NCBI RefSeq assembly: GCF_006345805.1
Contig: NC_043008.1
Span: forward strand, 42,036,001-42,100,000
DNA length: 64,000 nt
Direction: 5' to 3'
Origin: Octopus sinensis
Lineage: Eukaryota
Shown: positions 1 to 13,944 of the stretch, one piece after another
How the letters are laid out: each line of letters begins with the position of its first letter
Numbering within the stretch: the stretch's first letter is position 1
Position numbers and translations under genes: made by a program
Notes under the pieces: generated by a model
What the model was told of the DNA's origin: nothing
Seen by the model: only the letters and a program-made list of their open reading frames with translations
The model's database searches: none

Positions 1-1309
1 CCTGACAAACGCCTACACGAAATATATTTATTTACAGGCAATTCTGTAAGATGGCGAGTAAGAATTATGTGCTATGCTAATAACTTTTACTAAACGTGTG
101 GATGAATTAGCTGGATACAGAAACATCATGTCTTTTAGGTTCCTAGATTGTATTTCATTTCTTTCTTTTGTTCAAGAACACGCGTTAGTAATGAGGAATG
201 TAGAATTCTGTATATTATATGCTACGTGTTTCATCGATGTCAGAAAGAAGGAATCTATTGATGTGTGTCTGTGTATTTGATTTGCTTCATGTCTATGTAC
301 AATTAATGAACTGTAGAATTTGAAAAACAGAGCATGAAATAGCGAATTTCAAAGTTTGGTGGTCGTCAACTTCAACGGGTTAATTGTTTTAAATAGATAT
401 GAGATTTTGGTAATATTATTCCGTTTAAACAGCGAAACAATAAATAGGATCAATAATATAAGAAAGGCAGGCGTGAACTCGGATCGATTCTAACGATTTG
501 AACTCATTTTTATTAATCAATAATTCATAATACCTTAAACGTTTTAAAATACTAAGTTTTCAAAATAACAAAAATAACACTTTCATTTGTTTTTCATTTT
601 GTATTTCTTATTTCTTATTTTATTTGTTTATTCTCATTTGCATTTTTATTTTTATATCGAAAAAAGTTTGAAGAGAAATTTGATCGGAGGGAAAATGTAC
701 CTGAAAAAAAAAATAAATAAAAACATGGTGGGCGATAATAAAAGATGAAAGGGAAAGATATGAATATGACATCAAATGGCACTAGAAATGCAAGTGGAAA
801 CTGAAGAGAGCTTTAAGTTCGAATGTGAGATATCACACATTTGTAATTAAGTTTTCTTACCAAATACTGTTTAATGAGGAATAGATTAGACACAGATAAA
901 TCATATATCGATCTGACCTTTCGAAAATTTACCGCTGCTTTTGCTCATGCAATTTAGGTTTTGTTTTCTTTTCGTGTTTGTGTGTTATTTATTTTATGAA
1001 GTCTGTCGTTTGTAAAACTTGAGAGGAAGAGATAAGCCCCTGCTCCATCGGAGAATAAGATCGCAAGCTGGAGTTAGTTGAACTATTATTAATTAATTTA
1101 TTTATTTATTTTGTAATTTATTAACCTACTTAATGACCTTAGGGGAGGTGCAAAATCACAGTCACTCTTCAAAACTTCTATTTATATGAAAGGCTGCTGT
1201 GACTAATCAAAAGTACTTCCTAATCGTAAAACTTGCGGCCAATAAAACACGGTTTCAGAAAAAAAGTAAAAGAACCATATTTAAAATTAAACGAATATTG
1301 ATTTATAAT

Positions 1310-1650
1310 ATAGGCACATGGTCCGAATATTTTCGGAGAGTAAAGAAATTTGAATCAAACCCTCAATAATTGTCTGTTCCATTATTTATTTGACCCCCGT
1401 AAGAATCAAAAGCGAGGCTGACCACGGCAGGATTTCATTTCAAACGGTAAAAAGCCATATCGGAAGATGTCTGCCTATTATGAAATATTGATCTCTTACG
1501 AAGGCACAAATCCGCGCATTGAGAGGAAAATATTCGATAATATCAGCCTCAGTACTTGATTAGGTTATTATCGATTCTAGAAGGAAGAAGGAAGGCGGCA
1601 TTAAATTCGTTACGATTTGATCTAAGAACTGAAATGAATGATCTTGGATA
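1310..1650 (-). mobile_element. Two highly degenerate SINE family B-like remnants
   Basis: Weak matches such as TTTGACCCCCGTAAGAATCAAAAGCGAGGCTGACCACGGCAGGATTT and GAAGGCACAA...CCTCAGTACTTG...TTATCGATTC. Confidence 0.45.
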
Positions 1651-2664
1651 GCTTAAGTATATCTAATAGGTTAATGTACTCTGTCAATCGACGGACCTTC
1701 CATGGGTGTCCAGAAATATTTTTTTACTATCAAAGGCATGATATCTAAACCACAGTAAGTCAATTCGACACAATTTCCTCTATCATATGAATTCTGTGTA
1801 TCGAGTTCACTTTAAATCAATCACTAAGAGCATGAAGAAAAGCATGAAGATCTCAGCTTTAATTTACTCCTCTACAAAAACTTATTACGTCACACTAAGT
1901 CTTAGAGGTCACAGCTGACTTACCTAAATACGTTAGCAACGACTCCTCGACTTGCTACGGGTTTCTTTTTACCTCACAATAGACTCAGAAAAATTAGTCA
2001 TCTCCTAGAGATTTGAACTAAAAAGTATCAACCGATATAAGACATACCAATATAGTAGAATGCAGTTCTACTTCGTTTTATTTATTTATTTATTTATTCT
2101 TTATACAAAACTACATTAGGTGATGTAGAATGTGCATGTTGTAAACAAAACCATTAAATAGCGAACTGACACATCCACCATCAACTTCTAACTTCATACC
2201 CCGACAGCGAGTCCCTCACACAACTAGGATTAACACGCTTAAACTATTCAATAGAAGGAATTCTTGATAAAGGAACATAGAAAATGGTGTAGTTCGGATC
2301 TATTGTATTCACATTTCGATTCGGAGGAGGTAAAATTTCGCCTTTGCGTATGTTTTTCAGAAATTATATTTTGCACGATCAACTCTGCTTGAATAAGCCT
2401 ATTTTTCTCAGACACTCCTGACCAATAGGGTATTCTATTCACTCAATATTTCTATCGGTGACTACTCTACTCATACTATGACACATGATGTTATATTATT
2501 AATACATTCAGGTATTAAAATATGAGGTTTCTTCATTTTAAAGCCGACAGGGAATTTGCTGTAAGAGATTATTGTCTTACAATAGAACAGATTTCGGTGG
2601 ATTGAACTAACCTGTAGACACATCTTTCCTTTCTTTGTCGTGCATAACCTTATGCTTTGCAATG

Positions 2665-2900
2665 AAACACACGCGAACGCACACACACACACACATACAT
2701 ACACACACACATACATACACACATGCATATACATCTGTATGTATATATGCAAGCTTGTGCTTATATAAATATATACATATATATTTACGTATATATATAT
2801 ATATATATATATGCTTGTGTGTGTATATGTGTATATGTAAAAACACTGTCAGTACAAATTGTATAAATGCATATATGTGTGTTTGTGAGTGTGAATATAT

Positions 2901-2952
<52 letters not shown>

Positions 2953-2996
2953 TTATGTACGTATGAATGCATTAAGTATATGTACATATATATATA

Positions 2997-3029
<33 letters not shown>

Positions 3030-3473
3030 CATAGAATTTCATAACAAATGGACCTCACTGGGTTAGTCGTTTCTGCCGATTGTTGTAATGCATACCAATC
3101 AGGTAGACTATTCTGTTTTTGTTGTGATAGTGTCAATTATGTAAGAACCAATTCTTTGGAATACATAAGCACTTCCTGGCAGCAGAAGCGAGCGTTTAGT
3201 ATTCTTAGTAAAACTGGAAATAATGGAGACGAGAAGTTAAGAAATAAATGAAAGAAAAACAAAATGGCTGTAAGTCATAGAATCAACAACCAAAATACTA
3301 TATGGATTATGCTTTTTCGATAGAATAATCCAATATTTTGATTCATCGATTCAATTATGGTGAGAGAAGAATCATGCGTTGGAAGTGGAAGTTACCAAAT
3401 CACGGTGCCAAGTAGTTCGATACACAAACCCGAACAGCATAAACTTTAGAAACTGTTAATATCAGGTATATAA

Positions 3474-3512
<39 letters not shown>

Positions 3513-3548
3513 CTCTCTCACTCTCTCTGTTTATTCATTCGCTGCAAT

Positions 3549-3636
<88 letters not shown>

Positions 3637-3691
3637 GTATGTATGTATGTATGTATATAATATATATATATATAATATATATATATGTATG

Positions 3692-3736
<45 letters not shown>

Positions 3737-3743
3737 TATATAT

Positions 3744-3776
<33 letters not shown>

Positions 3777-3980
3777 GTATATATATATATATGTATATAT
3801 GTATATATGTATATGTATGTATATAAATATATATATAGAGAGAGAGAGTAAGAGAGAAAGATAGATATAGATATATATCGGTATATATAATATATACATA
3901 TGAGAGAGAATGCGTGTGTTCGTGTGTGTATATGTGCGTTCGTGTGTGCGTGTGTGTGTGTCCGCGCGCGTCCATATATG
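2665..3980. repeat. Compound microsatellite clusters: (CA)n/(TA)n at 2665-3030, (CT)n at 3473-3528, (TA)n/(TATG)n/(TG)n at 3550-3980
   Basis: Directly visible; these explain the low-complexity ORFs in the track. Confidence 0.95.
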
Positions 3981-4452
3981 TGTGTCTGTCATTATACTGA
4001 TTCTCAGACCTCACTTTTCTCTGTACCGATGTCCAAGTGGACAGGAGATGTCCGCTATCCCACCTCTTATTCGAATTCATAACTAAGATATATACAGATA
4101 TCATTTACCGATTCTTGGGTCAATAATTTCTAATCATTTATCAATACGTTGGGGACACTCTAAACAGATTTCTCCCTTGTATTTCGTTCTTCAATTTTGC
4201 CAGTTTTAATTTTATACACTTTTTTTTCTTTTACGGTCGGTTAGCTTTTAGCAACATAACAAAAGAGGAAAATATGCAGAGGTGGTTATTTAGCCGGCAG
4301 ACGAACTTGAGGAAGTCATGATGGAATGTGTTGAGTTGGTCGATGGATCGAACCACTTCCATCCCTGTTTTGCTTGTTTCTTCTTTTTTTTCGGATTCCA
4401 ACGTTTTCAACAACGGAAATTTCGGTTTAAACAATAGAGCTACATTAATATA

Positions 4453-4552
4453 TAGGCGCAGACGTGGCGGTGTGCAAAGGTGTTTGCTTGCTAACCACAC
4501 GGTTCCGGGTTCAGTCCCACTGCGTGACACATCGGAAATTGTCTTCTATAGT
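4453..4552 (+). mobile_element. tRNA-derived SINE family A, 5' head only, joined directly to the truncated mariner
   Basis: TAGGCGCAGACGTGGCGGTGTG...GGTTCCGGGTTCAGTCCCACTGCGTG matches the heads of the full copies at 41927 and 60345. It breaks off after GTCTTCTATAG. Confidence 0.85.
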
Positions 4553-5343
4553 CTGTGTCAAAGTGAATTACTCCTTTGCAATCCCACCAGATACAGAGAA
4601 GAATCGTTTTTCCATGAAGTTCCATTTTCGGCTGTGGTTGAGCCTTTTCCCTTTTACCTAACCACCGTTTACACCGTTTAACATTTCGATAGAAGATCTC
4701 TTTTTCGTCACCAGTCACAAGTCTATCCAAATAGGGTGAAATGAGTTTCCGACAATGGAGTGAAGAGCAGATGTCAACTCGGAATTTGCGGTTGCTTTCG
4801 GACAATTCATGAGGTACCCATTTTCCAAGGTTAGAAACCCTTCCAAGTTGTTGAAGATGACGATGAACAGTTGTATGGTTTGAGCTAAGCTTTGTTGCCA
4901 ATTCTTCAACTGATAATGCAAAATTTTCTTCAGATAATGCTTCAAGGAGCTTATCATCAAACTCAACTGGCCGTCCTGTTTGATCTTCATCTTCAAGACT
5001 GAAATCTCCACCTATGAATTTTGCAAACCATCTTCTGCAAGTTGTTTCATTCGAGAATTCTTTCCCATAAACTGAGTGTATGTTTCGAGTTCCTTCGGCT
5101 GCAGATTTTCCTTAAAGCACTATGTTGCCTTAAATGCTCTTTGGATACTTACTTCCATGTTAGAAAGGATTTCAATCAAAGAAAGTTTAATTCTATTATT
5201 CTGTAAAATAATATTTGATTAGTTTAAATATACACAAATGCATAAAAATAATTCTTAATTCCGTTAGACATTCTAAAATACTATTAAATTTCATTCTCTT
5301 TTAAAAGAAGGTAAAATCGGACAGAACTTATGGGATAGCCAGA
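4553..5343 (-). mobile_element. Mariner (Tc1/mariner) DNA transposon remnant: 5' TIR plus N-terminal two-thirds of a decayed transposase, 3' end lost
   Basis: The minus-strand translation from ATG 5158 (with an in-frame stop near the N-terminus) gives ...TCRRWFAKF.GGDFSLEDE..TGRP (HTH region), LGKWVPHEL, RLVTGDEK (first catalytic Asp) and KTILLCIWWDCKGVIHF. A TIR-like end CTGGCTATCCCATAAGTTCTGTCCG lies next to a TA at 5344-5345. No YSPDLAP motif or second TIR was found. Confidence 0.93.
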
Positions 5344-7822
5344 TAAATAGGTTTTATATAATTACTATATATGTAGGACACAGAATTATGTACGTATCCT
5401 CATTGTGTTTGCTTCAAAATTATGCATTTACTTTTAATTTACAGATTCGTTTTCAAATTATATATATTGAAATATAGAATATTTAATTGGATTTCGAAAA
5501 AAATGATTATTTGATATAAAATTGTTTATTAAATTCTATAAAAGATTTTTTTTCCATCACATTTGAGTATTACACAAGTTAACAATGAGCAGTCTTGAAA
5601 CTATCTAATTTCGTTTGCATCACAAATATTCTTAGATATATCAACGGTGGCAATCAACCATTGCGTAGGATGTCGGGATTTCTACCTTTCAAACGGAAAG
5701 TGTTTTATGAGGATTAAACATAGACAAATATGGTTTTTATGCATTTATTCCAACGAAGTCAGTACAAAACACAGTTATTTATGACAGAACGATGCCAGCA
5801 AGGCAATTTTATAAAATGTATGTCCGGTCATAAACATGTCAAAAATTAAGACTGAATGGTCAAAAGCGAAATTCCTTTGACCATAACTCTTCACCATTAG
5901 ATCTGGTTGTTTGGGGTGGCAATACACTCAGAATAACATACATGAAAATTGAAGCCAAGAAACCTCTATGTGGTCAAGCAACATGCTAGAGATAGTAGGT
6001 AAATCTCTCTCAAAACTGAACATTTTTTAACGAAGAGTTTGCAGTTCAGTGTATTTCCCAATGTACTACAAAGAAAACAAGGCCACGGTTGGATCGTCTT
6101 TCACCATAGACCTGCATGAACCGAATCTATCTGAACTTTGAACTCTAAAAACAACAACAACAAAAATACAATTTACATTTAATTGGCCAGAGTTTGTCCC
6201 ACTCCACCGAGTTTACGACATGTCTTTTTTTCTAATCTACTCTTGAAGATGTTCGTACAGAGAGACACACAGACACCTTAAAAAAGATAACAAATAATCC
6301 AGTGATCAAACCTGCGATCATTTCTTTCAGCTATTTTTTCATCCACCACCGGATGAAACCCTGGGTTACCCTTACCAGTATATTTATGGTTGAGGCAGGC
6401 CTTCTTCATTCTTTTCAATTGCGATGGGACAGAGTGACCGTGGCCTTGGATACCGATAAGAAACTGAAGAACTGATTACAAAATACATCTCTACCGGCGC
6501 TCGAACAATTCTACTAATCCGCCGTCTACCGCTCGTATTTATCGACCTCAAAAAAGTAAGAACAAATTTGAACTCAGATCTTAGAAAACTAGAACCAATA
6601 CTTTAAGGCTTTCTAACCAACACTCTACTGACTTTTTTCAATACTGCCCCAATTACAGCAATTTATCGACTAATAACACAGTATCATCGCTGTTTTACCT
6701 CGATCTCTAAGCCAGAGTTACAAAATAAAAAGCTAAACTTAAGTCAAACCATAATTCAGAAGTTATGAAGGATAAAAAAAGTTCTTTAAATCTTTTTTTT
6801 CCATTCACGAACGGCGCCTCACTGAATATTTTGGTAAATATTGACAAATGTTTTACTTTTAATGGAAATTGCCATCAGTGATATATTCTTGACATTTTCG
6901 ACATGGAATTGTCTGAAACATGAAACTGAAAATAAAGCATCAAAATAAAGATTTTATAGAACTTCCAGCCAGAAAATAAAAAAATCTAAATGAAGAATAA
7001 GCATTACAATCGCTGAGTGGCAGGTTGCGGAGAACGAAATATATAATGTTGGTTTTTATATTGTAAGTCCATATACTATTTATACACACTGCTGGTTGAT
7101 TGACTTTCACTCCAGGTTTTCTGCAATTCTTGGTACTTTCCAAATGGTTTTCTTTTCATTTTCTCCATCTAAATATCTTTTTTTCTTTTCTTTTGATTTG
7201 CTTTGGGTATTTTTTTTTTCGTTTTTTTTTCTTAGTCGCAATATAAACTCTGTTATATAAGTACTACAGTTGCTATTTAATATTTGGCGGGGAAATTTAG
7301 AAGTATACGTACCATAGAGCAGCATCATTTGGTCAGGTTTGCTTGGAAATTTTTCATCCACGCACGGCATCCATCTTGGTTGGTCCTGCATCAGTTGAGG
7401 GGAAGGGGACCTTCGGGGAGATAACCAATGTTTCTGGTGAGTAGATTTGCATAAGTTGTGTTCGGGCGACCTGCTCGGGTACGGTCATAATTTGGCATCC
7501 GTCTACAATGGTTAACTCCAGAAAATATAATATACAAGCACTAATCATGATTTAAATATTAACATATTTCTTGGTTTTTATACAAAAATACTGATAATTT
7601 TCATTAAAAAATATTTTCTTCCTTAAATTAAAATCAAATAAACCACATTGTTTATTTGTATAACCTCTTTGTTCTCCTCTTCTTCTTCACCAGTCTCTAG
7701 AATTTTCTCTTTACCCTCCCCACCCTCTCTCTCTCTCTTCGTAGCCGCATAGCCTTACCTTACTCATTGCGTGCCACCAATCTTTACGTGTGCATCCACA
7801 CTACACTTTTATGTTAAATATG

Positions 7823-7861
<39 letters not shown>

Positions 7862-8309
7862 ATCTATCTATGCTACATTAGAATGTGACTGCAATGTTTA
7901 ACTAACCAACCAACAAACCATCCAACCACCCAACCATTATATCGGTTATTGTTATTTACAGATTCTGTTCATAAGACGCATGAACATTATTTCAGAGTTA
8001 AGAACTAAAGTATGTACATAGGACATGATTTAATATTGCTGTATTGAACGATATTAAGAGATGGCAACAATATGAGCTTCTGCTCTTTGCCTGTGAACTG
8101 ATGGTAATTCTTTTCCGGAAACACATTTATGCATACGCAGCTAAATACACACAGACAATTACACCCATATATATACACATACAAATATGTGGGTGGAAGC
8201 TGTGTCTATTCGGTTTGATTTCCTTATTACGGCAAATACGACGCGATGCCAGTACAATCTTGCAGATCTTGTCTCCACTCCTGGCTCAATTGTTACAGCG
8301 TCGGCCTCA

Positions 8310-8410
8310 CAATTATGAGTTAGTGAGTTCGATTCCCAGGTCCAGCTATATTGTGTTATTGAACAAGACACTTTACGTTATGTTGCTCTACTTCACTGGG
8401 CTGTGGAAAT
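8310..8410 (+). mobile_element. Degenerate SINE family C head/core
   Basis: GTGAGTTCGATTCCCAGG...TTGTGTTATTGAACAAGACACTTTA..TTATGTTGCTC. Confidence 0.55.
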
Positions 8411-9654
8411 ATATTTGTGTGTGTGTGTGTGTGTGTGTGTTTGTAAACACACCCAGACACAAGCTGATGCACACTCAGACACTAACAAACATATAAAAAC
8501 AAGGAATTACACGTTCACCAAATTATTGCTGGTGGTAGTGTATGATTTGAAGGACACTTGACTACTTGTTTTAGCATAACGATCGTCAATGTCCATACAC
8601 ACTTCTTGGAGCGTCGTCTCCATCGCCATCTCTGCCGTCAACACTATGCTAAATATACTAGACCCATACTTCTATGTATGTATGTAATGAAATGTGCGTA
8701 TATGTGTGTTTGACCGCGTATGCAGAAGTGACGAGAAAGCGTTAAAGTATGTTATGGTTTGCATCAACATTCGTGAGCGTATGTGTTTGTGTGTGTGGTT
8801 CGTTCTGTATCTGAGACTGATTGTACACGTCTCTAGGTGTTTCTGTATAGTGGTACGTTTGCGTCTGCCTCGCTCTTCGTCTCCTGTGGCTTTCTTACAT
8901 AACATTGCCAATTAAAACAATTAGCGGTTTTAATTGTGTTTACAAGATCTCAAGTCGAAAATAAAAGTTAAAATATACTGTCTTCTCGTGTTCGTATACT
9001 CTAAGTGAGGGTCCTACTGCGTATGTATATATGTAAGTATATATGTTTGGACCTGTCTGTGCATATGTATATGTTCACGTGTGTATAAGTCTGTGTGTAT
9101 GTATGTGTGCACGAATGTATATGCACGTGAACGTGTGTGTGTTTTTGTGTGTGTGTTCATGTATCTACCTTTCAGTGTGTATATATTTGTGTGCAAATGT
9201 ATGTGTATTTCATGGCGTCTTCTCGATCGGGTCAAACAAGGAAGAGGGCAAACAAAAACAAACAAAATAAAAGAAAGAAAACGAGAACGGCAGGCTACAT
9301 CAGTTTGTTTAATTCTTTAATTATACATTATTGAAGTTTATTTGCTTCGTTTTATTGTAGAATGTAAAACATTCTGTCCACCAAGTAGTAAAATGTAATT
9401 CGACATTTTGACGTTGTGTTTCCGAGTGCCTGTGTGTGTGAGTATGTGAGTGAGAAAGAGAGAGGGTGAGAGGCAGAGAGGCGGAAAGAGAGCGAGTGAG
9501 TTTCGAAGTGAATCGTAGCGAGTAATTTCATTGGATTAGAGTCATTGACATGAAACAAAAAACGGTTTTGTTTCCCTGGTTTGCTCAGAGCATGTGCATC
9601 AAAACAATCAGCATATGCGGGTGTGGAGGGGTGGATACTGCACCTTGGTGATAT

Positions 9655-9771
9655 ATATGTATGTGTGTGTGTGTCTGTGTGTAAGTACATGTGTAGGTTT
9701 GGGAGTATATGTGGGTTCTGATATATGTAGATAGATATTTCAACATATGTATACATATATATGTATATATG

Positions 9772-9804
<33 letters not shown>

Positions 9805-10449
9805 GCACATATATACATATCCGTGTATATATATATGTGTGTGTGCGTGTGTGTGTATGTGTATGTTTGTGTGTGTGTATGTGCGTGTATATGCGTGTAT
9901 GTATATAAAACATTCTATTTATGTGTGTCTATCTCCACGTGTGACTGTGTTTCGTTCCATACACATATGTGCACAAATATATATACATCTATAGACATAT
10001 ATACATCTATGTCCTGTACCCATATATGTATGTGTATATACATATATATGTAAGTATGTATATGTATATATGTATAAATGCATATATATTATATGCATTA
10101 TATATATGTACACACATACACACACATATATATATATACATATATATATATATACGTACATACATGCATGCATGAATATATATGTGCGTGTGTGTGTGCG
10201 TGCGCATGCGTGTATGTCTGCATGTTGCACATATGTACACATCCGAACTGATCCAGTTAGCCAACTATCAAACATAGAAATGTATAAAATTCAAAAAATT
10301 GCGTTCAAAAATTTACATAAGACCATAAATATAACAAAAAAAAACAACACACAAAATATATGTTAAAACAGGAACAAAAGAAACAAATAGCCGTAAGTCA
10401 CATACCTTCTCCCAATACGTCTCGGCAAATGAATAGATACAATATACAC

Positions 10450-10528
<79 letters not shown>

Positions 10529-10536
10529 TATATATG

Positions 10537-10570
<34 letters not shown>

Positions 10571-10709
10571 TATATGTATGAATGTATATATATGCGTATA
10601 TATATATATATACGTATGTATATATATATATATATATACGCATGCATTTGTATATACGTTTATATATATGTATATATAAATATGTGTATATGTGTCTATA
10701 TATGTACAG

Positions 10710-10776
<67 letters not shown>

Positions 10777-11339
10777 ATATATGTATGTATGTATGTATGT
10801 AGGTATGTATGTATGTATGTATATCTTGAAAACCGCATCAGAAAAGCTAAGAAATATGACAAGGATGAAACAAAGAAACTCCAAAATAAAATGTCCAGCC
10901 TCAGGAATAACAATTCGGTTTGATGGAAAATATAAAAGAAACAACCAGAGCTAAAAGAATTGGAAGGCATTACCACAAACACAACGTTTATATAAGCATA
11001 AACATGATAAAAGATTGTCACAAACATCACTGGCTACCAAACTCCTCCCGCGACTATTGTAGCATCATATAATAAACCAAAAGTCAGGTCTTGTTTGTGT
11101 ACAATAACAACAACAACAGGAACAACAACAACAATAATAATAATAATAGTAAATAATAATAATAATAATAATAATAAAATAATAATAATAGTAAGAATAA
11201 TAATGATGATGATAATAATAATAATAATAATAATAAAAATAGTAATAATAATAGTAATAATGGTAGTAAGAATAATAATGATGATAATAATAATAATAAT
11301 AATAGTAATAATAATAATAGTAATAATGATAATAATAAC

Positions 11340-11373
<34 letters not shown>

Positions 11374-11476
11374 GGAAGAGAAATAATAATAATGATATTA
11401 ATAGAGAAAAAACGTGATCGCCGTAGCTCACAATCTAAACCACTATGAAGAGAGTAGACTTATATAAGAAAATAAA

Positions 11477-11555
<79 letters not shown>

Positions 11556-11640
11556 TTGATGATGATGATAGCGATAGAAATATTAGTGATGATAGTAATA
11601 ACAATGAGCAGCGGCAGCAGCAGCAGTAGTAGCAGTAGTG

Positions 11641-11683
<43 letters not shown>

Positions 11684-12231
11684 AAAGAGAGAAAATATTA
11701 AAAAATGGAGTAAAGAATGTAGAGATGAGAATATGAAAATATCAGCATATCGGAATATCAGAAGATCAGTATAACAGAATATCGGTCTTGCGTTCATCTA
11801 ACATCAAAGGCTTTGTGTATTTGTTGTAGAATTTTTCGTATTTTTTTTTTGGTTCAGGTTTAATATATATGACTATGTCTCTGTGTGCTTGATTGTGTGT
11901 GTGTGTATCTATATGTGTGTGTATGTGTATGTACGGCTATGTCGACTGCATTAGTAAATGATGCCTATGTAGCGGTCGGTAATAATTGCAATAGTGATGT
12001 TCATTATGATGATGATGCTGTATATATATATAGCATGATACGTTTTGCATATATATATATATATACATATGTATAGATAGATAGATGTATACACAATAAC
12101 ACAGATGTACAGCACTAAGGAAGCATTCACACACAAACACACGCATACACACGCACGCACACAAGATTACATTAATATAGAACTATATACATATATGAAA
12201 GGCATTAGTATAGAGGCATATATACATGCAC

Positions 12232-12265
<34 letters not shown>

Positions 12266-12329
12266 GCATACACAGCCATAGACGACAATAGCGTAGATAC
12301 ATCATATAATAAATTATATATCATGTAAG

Positions 12330-12388
<59 letters not shown>

Positions 12389-12720
12389 ATATATTATAAA
12401 TGTATATAAAACACGTTTTATTTACATATACGATCGTATGAATAAATATATACACACATATGTATATAAGTATGCTTATATATACATACATATATATATA
12501 TATATATATATTTATATACATGTAATTATACCTGTATATATGTGCATATATAGATATAAACATACACATAAGGTTCATTGACACTGTACATGTGTGTATA
12601 TGAGTATACGTGTGGAGAGAGAGAAAAAGATACGTACGTAACATACATTCATATATTCACAGCCAGAGAGAAAGAGAAAGAGAGAGAGAGGGGGGAGTGA
12701 TGGAAATAGAGGGTGTGACG
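9655..12720. repeat. Microsatellite-dominated block: (TA/TG)n at 9655-10822, (AAT)n/(AGT)n at 11100-11685, (TA/CA)n at 12040-12720
   Basis: Directly visible. Confidence 0.95.
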
Positions 12721-13204
12721 CAGAGATAGTTATTAGAGAGCAATAAATGGAGAGCAGGTAGTTCATTTGAATGTGAAACATCATTCAATAAGAAATAGTT
12801 TGGGAAACATTATTTCAGCTGGATAAGAATATCTGACATATTTGATGTGTATAAAATATGTAATCGCACATGTCATCTGTAGACAAACTAGCCGTATACT
12901 AATGTGCTTGGGCTTGGCTCTGACTATATACTAATGCTGAAACTGGTTATATCGGGGAGTTACAACGGTTCAATGGATGAAGCATGAAAACTCTTGTTTA
13001 TGAAAACTCTTGTTGTATGTATGTATGATCATTTTAATTTTGTATATATGATAAAAAATAATTACAATATTTTGGGTTTTCTGCATAGAAATAGCCTATA
13101 TTTTATCCCCGTAGCCTTTGTAACTCGACAATATTACAAATTTATCCTCAATATAAAACCATTCTCAACATTGCTGTATTGTTGTTTTGTTGTGTATATC
13201 TGTA

Positions 13205-13531
13205 TACATAAATGTATAGTGGTGTCTTGTCTGTCTGATTGTGTGTGTTGGGGTTACTCTAACTCCTCCCACTCCGTCCAACCGATTTTAATCATTTTTG
13301 GCACAGAGGTAGATCACATGCCCTGAAGTTCAAATGAGGCCGGAATCTTTCGAAAGCTCGATAATGCCTAGTTGGCATCGATTTTTGTGAGCTCAATCTG
13401 GCGTTCGAATGGAAATCCCCATAACGATGTTATCTTTCTTGCAGCTTTTGCAGTTTTTCAGGTGTAAAATTTCAACAAAATCGATAGAATAGTCTTTAAA
13501 GATATGCTTATTTAATACAAGGTCAGCTAGT
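13205..13531 (+). mobile_element. Older Helitron/HINE-like element
   Basis: A TGTCTGTCTG seed, then CTAACTCCTCCCAC (compare CTAACTACTCCCAC in the 58 kb element) and AACCGATTTTAATCATTTTTGGCACAG, ending GGTCAGCTAGT. The 3' hairpin is not clearly retained. Confidence 0.45.
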
Positions 13532-13944
13532 AATTATATATTTCTGAACATAATCATGTGGTTTACATAGTCAGGAGGTTAAGAAGGTGGGATTATTAAA
13601 TTGCGAAAGTGTTCGGAGATGACAGAAAAAGTCGGATTGCAAGGAAACGAAAAGTTTCACCTTTCGAGTTGAAATCGCGTTTGCGTCAACTTTTGGCTTC
13701 GATAAAATACCAGTTATGTACTGGTACGTATTTTATCGAAATACGTACCAGTACACGTACCCTCAAAATACGTTCCCTGTGCTGAAATTGCTGACCTTGT
13801 GTATAAATGTGAAATCATTATTATTATTGTTGCTGTTGTTGATGTTGTTGTTCCCATCTGTAGCAGTAATGTTATTAGTTGTGGTTATTGTTGTCGCCAG
13901 TCATGTTTCCGTGTCACGCATCGAATTTCGAATTCTTTTATCTG

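Noticed and set aside
2248-2442. 64-aa minus-strand ORF
   Set aside because: It is short, has a non-ATG start, and has no homology or splice support.
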